64,000 bases of DNA from a virus (taxonomy: Duplodnaviria > Caudoviricetes). The stretch lies in IMG/VR virus record IMGVR_UViG_2799112742_000018, positions 50,065 through 114,064 of that record. The stretch is one strand, 5' to 3'. The first letter of the stretch is position 1. Each line of letters starts with the position of its first letter. A model generated the notes under the pieces. The model ran no database searches, was not told the origin of the DNA, and was given only the letters and a program-made list of their open reading frames with translations. Below, piece by piece: positions 39,546 through 47,412 of the stretch. Made by a program: the position numbers and the translations under genes.

Positions 39546-41078
39546 ATGAAAGAATTAAACATGCCGAGTGGTGGAAGACCAGTCTATACTGAGGACTTCC
39601 AGACACTTCAGAATGAAATATCCGTTTTTGAAAAAATAACAGAGCAGAATTGTAGGAATTGTGTTCTGTCAGGTTGTGTTTATACAGAAACCCCAAATCC
39701 TGATGGGGAAACGTATAATGCTAACCTTACCGAAGGCTATGCCATCATTAATGGAAAGATTTGTCATGTAGCTGCATGGCACAATGCGGCTTTCCATCAT
39801 ATTCAGCTTCCATTGTATATTGAGCTTGTACAATCCGATAGCGTGGAAAGAACACAGCTTGTCAATGGAGAAACCGCCCCTATGACAATCAACTATGAAG
39901 GAGAGGTTCGTACTGCTGGAAACACAATGGTAGGCCCTGCAATCTCCATGAACAGAAAGAAATCGTCATCTTCTGAAGAAAATGATAGATTTACATATTT
40001 TCATGACTTATATGAGGGTTTTGTAAGAAAAGCAGAGGTTGAGGATGTCAATAAGAGAGCCTATATAATTGATTTAGCTGATTATATAGGTGTTGATAAG
40101 GTGTTACCTACCACAAATGCTGCCTTTGTATATCAGAGCCATATTGTTCAGCCTCGTACTTTCACTATTTTTAACGCCAATGGTGAAAATTATAATAACT
40201 TGGCAAATGGCACATACTTTGCATTTTGTATTCGTCAGTTTTTCTCCCTTAATGTTACTGGCTTAGGTCATGATTATCTCCTTTATGACTGGTCACTTAG
40301 ATTTGTGGGTAAATATAACGATACAAATGCACCAGAATTTATTCGTGATCTTTATGGGGAAACTATTGCCACCACCACCAAGGATGGTCGTATGTCTAAA
40401 GAGCAAGTTAAATCCCTTAATAATAAGGCCGACAAGACGTATGTTGATCGAGAATTAGAAAATAAAATGCCGAGCAATGGTACATATACCAGACAGGAAA
40501 TAGATGATGCCTTAGCCCAGAAGTTGAATTATAGTACTTGGCAAGACAATATGGATATTCTCTGGGGTGAGATAAAAATGTGGGCTGGAGTAACACCGCC
40601 ACCTAAATATCGCCTTTGTAATGGAGATAATCTTCCTATTCCAGGCAATAATCCTTCAGATCAGTATTATGATCTCTATCAGGCTATTAAAGAGACCTTT
40701 AATGTAGTTGGAGCCAATGGTACGCCAGCTGGTTATTTTGCTCTTCCAGATTTGAGAGGTCGTTTCATTGTTGGTATGGGCAAAGGTACAGGTGATAAGG
40801 AGTTTACATTCAAAAGTACTGGTGGTGCTTCAGAAGTAGCTCTCACAGTTGATCAAATGCCAACACATAGACATACTGTTCCTTCAGATGATTGGGATAA
40901 TGGAGGTGCCCCACCATATTCACAGTATGGTATTGAAAATTATAGAGAATTAAGTTATGGTCCTGGAGAAAGTGGAGATGGTGGTGTATGTGATTCTGGT
41001 CCTGCTGGCGGCGGCGGCGCTCATAATAACCTTCCACCATACTATACGCTCGCATATATAATAAGAGTAGCAAAATAA
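39546..41078 (+). CDS. Tail fibre protein with tail-collar domain
   Basis: GEIKMWAG...LCNG, F.LPDLRGRF, GG...V.LT..QMP.H.H, HNNLPPY..LAYII. Confidence 0.9.
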   Translation: MKELNMPSGGRPVYTEDFQTLQNEISVFEKITEQNCRNCVLSGCVYTETPNPDGETYNANLTEGYAIINGKICHVAAWHNAAFHHIQLPLYIELVQSDSVERTQLVNGETAPMTINYEGEVRTAGNTMVGPAISMNRKKSSSSEENDRFTYFHDLYEGFVRKAEVEDVNKRAYIIDLADYIGVDKVLPTTNAAFVYQSHIVQPRTFTIFNANGENYNNLANGTYFAFCIRQFFSLNVTGLGHDYLLYDWSLRFVGKYNDTNAPEFIRDLYGETIATTTKDGRMSKEQVKSLNNKADKTYVDRELENKMPSNGTYTRQEIDDALAQKLNYSTWQDNMDILWGEIKMWAGVTPPPKYRLCNGDNLPIPGNNPSDQYYDLYQAIKETFNVVGANGTPAGYFALPDLRGRFIVGMGKGTGDKEFTFKSTGGASEVALTVDQMPTHRHTVPSDDWDNGGAPPYSQYGIENYRELSYGPGESGDGGVCDSGPAGGGGAHNNLPPYYTLAYIIRVAK

Positions 41079-41090
41079 AAATAAATTATT

Positions 41091-41309
41091 ATGAAAATTA
41101 TACCAGTTGGAAACGACTACGCACTTGCAGCAAGGTTGCGTTCAGTCAAAGTAGAAAAGAGCGATGAAGTCACTAATACAGCAAACCAGTCTGAAGAGAC
41201 AGGTAAGGAAGGCAATAAGGGAGAGGAGGCTTCAGTTCAATCAACAGAAGGCAAGAAGAAAGCCAGAAGATTCAAGAAAGAAGCAACCTCAGAAGAGGGA
41301 GAAGAGTGA
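41091..41309 (+). CDS. Small charged hypothetical protein
   Basis: Strong A-rich start; overlaps the next ORF. Confidence 0.55.
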   Translation: MKIIPVGNDYALAARLRSVKVEKSDEVTNTANQSEETGKEGNKGEEASVQSTEGKKKARRFKKEATSEEGEE

Positions 41310-41619
41310 TTTCTCCCAAACCCCATTAGGTCATTTTCTTATCCATGAATGCCCAGCAGAGTGGAAAATCCTTCAGGATGCTAAAAGAAACCTTGCGATA
41401 AGAAAATATGATCCCGACATCATCCGTAGCATGGCGTTGAAATCCGACAATCCAATGTTCAGGACTAAGGAGTTTCACGATGCTTTAAGGGACTGGGAAC
41501 TATATGGGGCAAGAACACCAAACAAGGTAAAATTTGATTTGGATGCTGAGATAGCTTTTATCCGTAAGACACAAAGTGTTAATGATGAAGAGGTTGAGGT
41601 GGAACTGTTATTGTTCTAA
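41164..41619 (+). CDS. Hypothetical protein
   Basis: Globular C-terminal part fills the gap to hairpin 41591-41630. Confidence 0.65.
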   Translation: MKSLIQQTSLKRQVRKAIRERRLQFNQQKARRKPEDSRKKQPQKREKSDFSQTPLGHFLIHECPAEWKILQDAKRNLAIRKYDPDIIRSMALKSDNPMFRTKEFHDALRDWELYGARTPNKVKFDLDAEIAFIRKTQSVNDEEVEVELLLF

Positions 41620-41668
41620 CCTCAGCCTTTTGTCTATTATTCATAAAACAACATAACAATAAACAACT

Positions 41669-42265
41669 ATGAATGTTACCCCAATAAACAAGCGTAGCGG
41701 CTTCAAAATACTTATCGCCTTAGACAATTATAGCGGTGAGGATTTTAGGCTCTCATTCTATGCTGCTGGAACCGTACAGAAGCGTTTTATATGTTCCTAT
41801 ATTAACGGAGCCTACACTAATTGTCAACGCATAGATGATTATCATGTTTTATGTTCTTTCCCACCAAACACATTCAATCTCGGAATACTGAAGTGTGAGG
41901 TATGCTATGGTTTCTATGACGAACTATCAGAGTCAAATTACTTTAAGGTAATCTCAAATGAGATTGTAACCGCAAGGGTAAATGACGAAGACAGCCATAT
42001 TGAAATTACCAATGATAAGACTGGGAAGATTGTCACACCAGAGTTTGCTATTTACCTATTGGGGCCTGTGCTTCAGCCTAAGAGTGTAAAAATCAAGCTC
42101 AACGGCGTTATTTATGAGGCGGTGGATGGAGTTATCGACTTAGGTACAATAGAGCCTTCTGCGTTGAATAATGAGGCAAAATCGCTACTTAGGGAGATCC
42201 TTCGGGCAGCAACCTACACATCAGAACAATACGACAACATAGAATTACTTATAAATTCGCTCTAA
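41669..42265 (+). CDS. Hypothetical late (virion-associated) protein
   Basis: Late promoter at 41634; F.L.FY, Y.NC, G.L motifs. Confidence 0.65.
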   Translation: MNVTPINKRSGFKILIALDNYSGEDFRLSFYAAGTVQKRFICSYINGAYTNCQRIDDYHVLCSFPPNTFNLGILKCEVCYGFYDELSESNYFKVISNEIVTARVNDEDSHIEITNDKTGKIVTPEFAIYLLGPVLQPKSVKIKLNGVIYEAVDGVIDLGTIEPSALNNEAKSLLREILRAATYTSEQYDNIELLINSL

Positions 42266-42269
42266 AAAC

Positions 42270-42301
42270 AAAATGGCAGATCATTACGGTCTGCCATTTT
42301 T
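42270..42301. terminator. Bidirectional terminator
   Basis: AAAATGGCAGA...TCTGCCATTTT between convergent genes. Confidence 0.85.
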
Positions 42302-42302
42302 A

Positions 42303-42545
42303 TTATACTTTTACATACAGATTGCAACAGCATTTATCTTCGTTCCTGTAACCTGAGCAGGGACATTCTTTTTCCTGACTGTTGTTAGAACATGGGCATT
42401 GACCTGAACATCTTATCAAGCCCTTAAAAATACCCTCTACTACTTTTGGATTAGGATTTACTTGCCAGCCTTCCTTTGCATCTTTCTGAGCAATGCTGGT
42501 GACTGTTTTGATAACGTCTTTTGTGATGTATTTTGATACACTCAT
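42303..42545 (-). CDS. Ferredoxin-thioredoxin reductase catalytic-subunit-like protein
   Basis: NP.......GL...G.CPC...CPC...CCC.LY. Confidence 0.8.
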   Translation of the reverse strand: MSVSKYITKDVIKTVTSIAQKDAKEGWQVNPNPKVVEGIFKGLIRCSGQCPCSNNSQEKECPCSGYRNEDKCCCNLYVKV

Positions 42546-42581
42546 ATTTAGGAAATTTATAATTTTTCCTAATAATAGTCA

Positions 42582-43304
42582 TTACGCATATTTATTTTTG
42601 TAATTAGCAACATGAGCATTTATCTTTTTGTCCTCTATTATGTCTCTAATTTTTGACATTAATCGCCTTACCTTATAATCGTCCTTCACATCAGCATTTT
42701 TTATTCTTAATGTGATAATGTGGTATTGCGATGTGATAAAGTCTCTTTTCTTGTCTTTTTGTTTTTGTTCTTTAGAAAAATGATATTCGCCATCAACCTC
42801 GATTGCAATATTGTATTTGGGAATAAAAAGATCAAAGAAAAAGACATTACCGCCATTAACACCATATTTGAATATATGCTGTCTTTCAATATGATAACCA
42901 AACCCAAGATATTTCATTTTTTTAAGTAACATTAATTCATACTTGGAAGCACATTCCTTAGCCTTTTCCTGATACTCCTTTTGCCAAGCTAATTTTTGCT
43001 CAAGCTCTTCCTCAGTAAATGCCCTTTTGATCTTCTTTTTAGACTTTTTATCATATTGGCGTTGGTATTCTTCAAGAGTTATATAATGTGTCTTTTTATT
43101 TAAGGGCATATCTTTTGTATTAGGTATAAGGCAAGCGTTAGTTACCCCTTCTCTTATCAAAGCAAATTGTTTGTCTTGGGTTAAACCTACCATCTTAACA
43201 TTAATACCAATCTCACCTTCCTGAATTGTATGTCTATTGATTACATAACATTCGGGATATTGCTTTAGAAAATCTAAAATTTGAGAATGTTCAATTTTTG
43301 CCAT
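42582..43304 (-). CDS. DUF559/Vsr-like PD-(D/E)XK endonuclease with N-terminal extension
   Basis: E......L, Q, F.DLF.....IAIEVDG.YH...Q..KD..RD, LRI.N.DV. Confidence 0.85.
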   Translation of the reverse strand: MAKIEHSQILDFLKQYPECYVINRHTIQEGEIGINVKMVGLTQDKQFALIREGVTNACLIPNTKDMPLNKKTHYITLEEYQRQYDKKSKKKIKRAFTEEELEQKLAWQKEYQEKAKECASKYELMLLKKMKYLGFGYHIERQHIFKYGVNGGNVFFFDLFIPKYNIAIEVDGEYHFSKEQKQKDKKRDFITSQYHIITLRIKNADVKDDYKVRRLMSKIRDIIEDKKINAHVANYKNKYA

Positions 43305-43338
43305 AATGATTTATTTTTTGTTAAATTTTAATATTATA

Positions 43339-43818
43339 TACAGACCGCCCTTTATCCTCCAGAAGGAAAAGAAATTCCTTCAAAAGAGAATATGAAAAAG
43401 GAATGTATAACCTTTTTCAGGCCCAAAACATCAAATATTTTATTCCTCCTACGTTGCTGGGGTTTACAAGTCCCTCTGGAGTTACCTGTTGTTAGCGGTG
43501 GAACAGAGCAGGATAGTAAGCAACGGATGTTTTTAGAGTCAAGGAGCTTTTTGTATCGGAGAGACTCCCACGGTAGCTACTGATGGAACCAATTTTTCAA
43601 TAAGCCGTTCTTTTGAAGTGAACGTAAGGCTATGCCTTGTATAAGACTTGCACGTCCCTAACGTCTGGCTTGATACAGTTTTGCCAGGAACCACTGTCGA
43701 TGTTTGGATTACCACACCTTACCAGGTTGCCATGTCCCTTACGGACTACTATCCTAATGGCATCGGATATGCTCTTTTTCTGTAGAAGAAGGATTTGATT
43801 AGAACAATAAGACCTGTA
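43339..43818 (-). ncRNA. Candidate large structured non-coding RNA (~490 nt)
   Basis: Closing helix, several long-range helices, two pseudoknots, GUAA-capped hairpin; G-U pairs favour the minus strand; no credible ORF. Confidence 0.6.
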
Positions 43819-43821
43819 GAT

Positions 43822-43935
43822 AAAAATAGGAACAACCAAAAGCCTAAAGTAGCACGCAGCTTTCAGTTGTTCCCTGTATCTCGTAGAAAAAACGATTCAA
43901 ATATGTTTTGCTTATCAATGTGCTACTAAATCTAA
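43822..43935 (-). promoter_or_regulatory. Attenuator-like leader: terminator hairpin whose loop is complementary to the leader 5' end
   Basis: Stem 43874-43859/43843-43828 plus AUUUUU; loop GUGCUACU pairs with AGUAGCAC (43927-43920). Confidence 0.65.
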
Positions 43936-43942
43936 GCGATGA

Positions 43943-43974
43943 CAAAGGTACGTACTTTATTTTAAGCTACCAAA
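43943..43974 (-). promoter_or_regulatory. Housekeeping promoter (leftward)
   Basis: TTTG-N20-TACCTTTG on the minus strand. Confidence 0.85.
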
Positions 43975-44164
43975 TAAAATTTCAAAAATCTTTCATTTAG
44001 GGTGTTAATTTAACCTTTATTCACAATACAAATATTAAATATATAATAATGTACATACGTGAAACATCTCAGCATTGTAGAGATTAAAAAGTGTTGTAAC
44101 TTGCACAGACAGAGGGGTAAAATAATACGTAAAGAAAATTTAACATAAAAAAATCTATTAAAAA

Positions 44165-44196
44165 TTTGCACAGATAAAAATTTCTTCTTACCTTTG
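44165..44196 (+). promoter_or_regulatory. Housekeeping promoter of the replication operon
   Basis: TTTG-N20-TACCTTTG. Confidence 0.85.
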
Positions 44197-44260
44197 CACT
44201 TGGTAAGAGGAAAAAGTTTCTATTCTAAGCTTTTAGTATTTGTGAAAATATGACAAAGCT

Positions 44261-44307
44261 CCAGGGATGTCCCCAACTAAGCGCATGTGTAACATCCCTG
44301 GTTTTTT
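44261..44307 (+). terminator. Leader terminator before the first replication gene
   Basis: CCAGGGATGT-21 nt loop-ACATCCCTGG plus TTTTTT. Confidence 0.7.
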
Positions 44308-44351
44308 AGAAGTCAAAGCGTTGAATTTTCTAATTCAATTTTATATATAGT

Positions 44352-44843
44352 ATGATTAAAGGTCAAGGGGCAATCAAAAAGGTAGATGGCACTCTTTATC
44401 AAGATGAGCTTCTGTCAGCCTTACACAAACTGCCTAATAACCGAGACTATGAGTTTCTGATTGTGGACAAAGAGAAGAACAGAACGTTGCCAGCATCAAC
44501 TTATCTATTTTCAGTAGTCCTACCTCAGATTTCGGAACAGTTACCTGATCATCCTCCAAAAGAGGCTCTTTACCGCTATTTTGAGGACATCTTCGCACCT
44601 CTTTATAGTGTGACTATCAACGGAGAAGAGTACGAGTACTCTGATTTGAAACGCGAAAAAATAATGATTATCAACGAAGTTTGTGAGAAAATCGTTGATT
44701 ACGCTGAGAAGAAATGGGGTATCAAAGTAATGTCTTTGGATGACCTCAGAGATTCAAAAAACTCTCAGTTGTATAGTGTGGCTTACAAACAGAACGATGT
44801 AAGCTGGGCAAAATTCCTCTCTCATCAAAAATCAAACAGTTAA
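44352..44843 (+). CDS. NinB/YbcN-like protein
   Basis: R......YLF.VV...I and ..KI..YA...WGI pattern. Confidence 0.55.
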   Translation: MIKGQGAIKKVDGTLYQDELLSALHKLPNNRDYEFLIVDKEKNRTLPASTYLFSVVLPQISEQLPDHPPKEALYRYFEDIFAPLYSVTINGEEYEYSDLKREKIMIINEVCEKIVDYAEKKWGIKVMSLDDLRDSKNSQLYSVAYKQNDVSWAKFLSHQKSNS

Positions 44844-44852
44844 TTTAACAAG

Positions 44853-46271
44853 ATGAGCGAAGAAGTTCAGAAAATGGGTTTGTTTAATCTTTTTCAGCAA
44901 ACCGCACAGACCTTAGACCAGGCAGAGGCTAAGGCAAAATCAGAGAAAGGTTTTGAGAAAATTGATCGTTTCCGCACTCCTGAAGAGGGCGAGTACGTTG
45001 TCAGGGTATTGCCTCTCGCACCTACTGGTGTGGATGCTGAGGGTAAGCCAATCATGCCAATGGATCGAAATGGTTTCGAGTTCCAGTTGTACAGCACATT
45101 CCTTGACATCGACCAGCCTGCTGATAAGAAGGGTAAAGTCAAGACCTTACACATTCCAGTAATCAAGACAACCCAGAAGGGTGTAGATAAGTCTGTTGAC
45201 CTCCTTGAGAAGTACCTGGAGATCGCTAAGGATATGTATGCCGATGACGATGAGGTTATCGAGCTTCTTACAGGTCAGAACAGCCGCCATCGTATCCGTT
45301 TCAGCAACCAGCGTGTAATGTACGTTCTTGACATGACTGATGGCACACCTAAAGGCCCTATGTTCTGGCAAGTATCAACCAGCAGCTATAAGGACATCGA
45401 CAACGAGCGCCGTTCAGTATGGACTAAGGAATCTGAGAAGGCCGCTAAGAAGGGGCTTCCAAAGCCAGAGTGTCCTCTTTGTGGACTGACACAGGCATGG
45501 CCTCTTACCATCACACGTACTGGTACTAAGTTCAATGACACCAAGTATGCGTTCAAGATTGATCGTGGTGAGGAGCAGTTGCCTCTTACTGAGGAACAGC
45601 TTCAGAAGCTTTTCGATCTCCCACGTATCCCAGATGAGATCTATCACTATACTCGCTATCAGATGGAAGCTACCATCGAGTATCTGAAGCAGTATGATGA
45701 GAAGCATGACCTTGAGGTTTGCAAGGATCAGGAGTTCCTTGATGCAATCGAGCAGTTGAAGGGTGAGCTTTCTACTGATGATAACTCTCATTTCTCATTG
45801 TCAGGTGATAATGGCTCTGATAAGGGTAATTCACGTAAGATTACTCTTGAAAGTCTTAATGAGGCTTACGACTACATTGTTGATAAGGGACTCGGCAAGG
45901 ACTCTGATGAGTATGAGGAGTTGCGTGAGGACATCCGTCAGTTCATCGAGGATAACGAGCTTGACGTTGTTGTTAAGCATACTAAGAAGATTGAAGACCT
46001 TCTTGAGGAAATTGAGGAGGCTCTTGATAGCAAGTCTAAGACTCCTACAAAGCCTGTCGCTAAGGAAGAGCCAGCAGAGGAGAATAATGACGATAAGAAT
46101 GAGCAGGAGGAAGAGAAGCCTCGTACTCGCAAGCGCCCATCTCGTCAGGAGGAAGACGATGAGGAACAGAAGCCTTCTAAGAAGGAGGAAAACAATGACG
46201 ATGACAAGGACGATGATAATACCGCAGAAGAGCAGCCTCGCCCTCGCCGCCGCCGCAGAAGTGAAGAGTAA
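44853..46271 (+). CDS. ssDNA-binding protein (T4 gp32-like) with long charged tail
   Basis: Y.VRVLP and ITR.GT...TKY motifs; acidic C-terminus; highly biased codons; upstream of sbcDC. Confidence 0.65.
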   Translation: MSEEVQKMGLFNLFQQTAQTLDQAEAKAKSEKGFEKIDRFRTPEEGEYVVRVLPLAPTGVDAEGKPIMPMDRNGFEFQLYSTFLDIDQPADKKGKVKTLHIPVIKTTQKGVDKSVDLLEKYLEIAKDMYADDDEVIELLTGQNSRHRIRFSNQRVMYVLDMTDGTPKGPMFWQVSTSSYKDIDNERRSVWTKESEKAAKKGLPKPECPLCGLTQAWPLTITRTGTKFNDTKYAFKIDRGEEQLPLTEEQLQKLFDLPRIPDEIYHYTRYQMEATIEYLKQYDEKHDLEVCKDQEFLDAIEQLKGELSTDDNSHFSLSGDNGSDKGNSRKITLESLNEAYDYIVDKGLGKDSDEYEELREDIRQFIEDNELDVVVKHTKKIEDLLEEIEEALDSKSKTPTKPVAKEEPAEENNDDKNEQEEEKPRTRKRPSRQEEDDEEQKPSKKEENNDDDKDDDNTAEEQPRPRRRRRSEE

Positions 46272-46312
46272 TCTCGTTCATCAGATATTTATAGTTTGAT
46301 TCTTACATTTTC

Positions 46313-46343
46313 AAGGGGGAGTATTCCACGTACTCCCCCTTTT
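46313..46343 (+). terminator. Intrinsic terminator
   Basis: AAGGGGGAGTA...TACTCCCCCTT. Confidence 0.8.
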
Positions 46344-46356
46344 AACTCAAACCTAA

Positions 46357-47409
46357 ATGCGTATGAAACGAGAACCACTTTGTATTCTTGTTAATGACTT
46401 ACACGTTAGCAAGGACAACATTCCAGAATTTAGAAAGAATTGGCAAGAGCTGATTGATATATGCAAGAGTCGCGGTATCTATGATATTGTGATAGGAGGT
46501 GATCTGTGGACATCCAGGGCTGGACAGACACTTGATACCTTTCTTGCCGTACAGGAGTTTATTCTTGCTGCTACGGTTACTGAAGGCATTTATCTTACTA
46601 TTGCTGAAGGTAATCATGACCTTGTGGATCAAGAGCAATATGCTGGCTATTCCCATATTTTCCATCCATATAAGGGGGTGGAGGTGATCGACACCCACAA
46701 GATAATGAGTTGGGAAGATTGTGATAAATACCTTGCCGTTATGAGTTATTTCCCAGAGCAAGGTACTTTTACCGAGAAATTGAAGGCTTTGAAGAAGAAC
46801 CTGAAGATGAAGGACATCAACATTTCAGATGTTACCCTTTATATTCATCAGGGCATTCAGGGCGGTTTGCCTGGAGGTTTCATTTCCAGTACCGATCTTC
46901 CAAAGGATCTGTTTGACGATTTTGAGCAGACTCTGGTAGGACACTATCATAATCGCTGCCATGTTAAGGATAGCAATATCTGGTACATCGGCTCGTCTCG
47001 TCAGGATAATTTTGGCGAAGACGAGGAAAAGGGATATACGATATTCTATGATGACGCAAGCACAGAGTTCATTAAGAACCAAGTGAACACCAGATACGTT
47101 GACTATGAGCTTGATGCGGCTGATCTTGACAGTTTTAAGTCTGATAAGCTTAATGATAGCCTGTACAAGGTAAAGCTGAAGGTTAAGTGTACTGAAACAG
47201 AGTCAAAGACACTTGATCGAAATGCGTTAATATCCCAGGGATTCAATAAGGTAGAAGTAAATGTCGTAAGGACACAGCATACTACTGAAAATTCTGATAT
47301 TTCTGAAAAGTTTGATAAGCATACCATTTCTAAGGAGTATGTAAAATTCTGTGACAAGGAAAACATAGACAGCACATTAGGTACTCAGTACCTGGATAAA
47401 ATCAAATAG
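46357..47409 (+). CDS. sbcD: SbcD/Mre11-like nuclease (T4 gp47-like)
   Basis: NDLH, GGD, GNHD, GHYH, YIGS..Q.NFGE...KG. Confidence 0.9.
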   Translation: MRMKREPLCILVNDLHVSKDNIPEFRKNWQELIDICKSRGIYDIVIGGDLWTSRAGQTLDTFLAVQEFILAATVTEGIYLTIAEGNHDLVDQEQYAGYSHIFHPYKGVEVIDTHKIMSWEDCDKYLAVMSYFPEQGTFTEKLKALKKNLKMKDINISDVTLYIHQGIQGGLPGGFISSTDLPKDLFDDFEQTLVGHYHNRCHVKDSNIWYIGSSRQDNFGEDEEKGYTIFYDDASTEFIKNQVNTRYVDYELDAADLDSFKSDKLNDSLYKVKLKVKCTETESKTLDRNALISQGFNKVEVNVVRTQHTTENSDISEKFDKHTISKEYVKFCDKENIDSTLGTQYLDKIK

Positions 47410-47412
47410 GCT

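Noticed and set aside
26349-41078. Diversity-generating retroelement or invertible fibre cassette
   Set aside because: No reverse transcriptase, no adenine-specific TR/VR pair and no invertase or flanking inverted repeats were seen.
43339-43818. Group I or group II intron interpretation
   Set aside because: GAUAGUAGUCC loosely recalls the group I S element, but it is near the 5' end with no upstream R partner. No interrupted gene and no group II domain V are evident.
43392-43839. Short ORFs 43392..43583 (+) and 43630..43839 (-)
   Set aside because: No recognisable motifs, a weak start for the minus ORF, and no operon context; extensive RNA pairing explains the region better.
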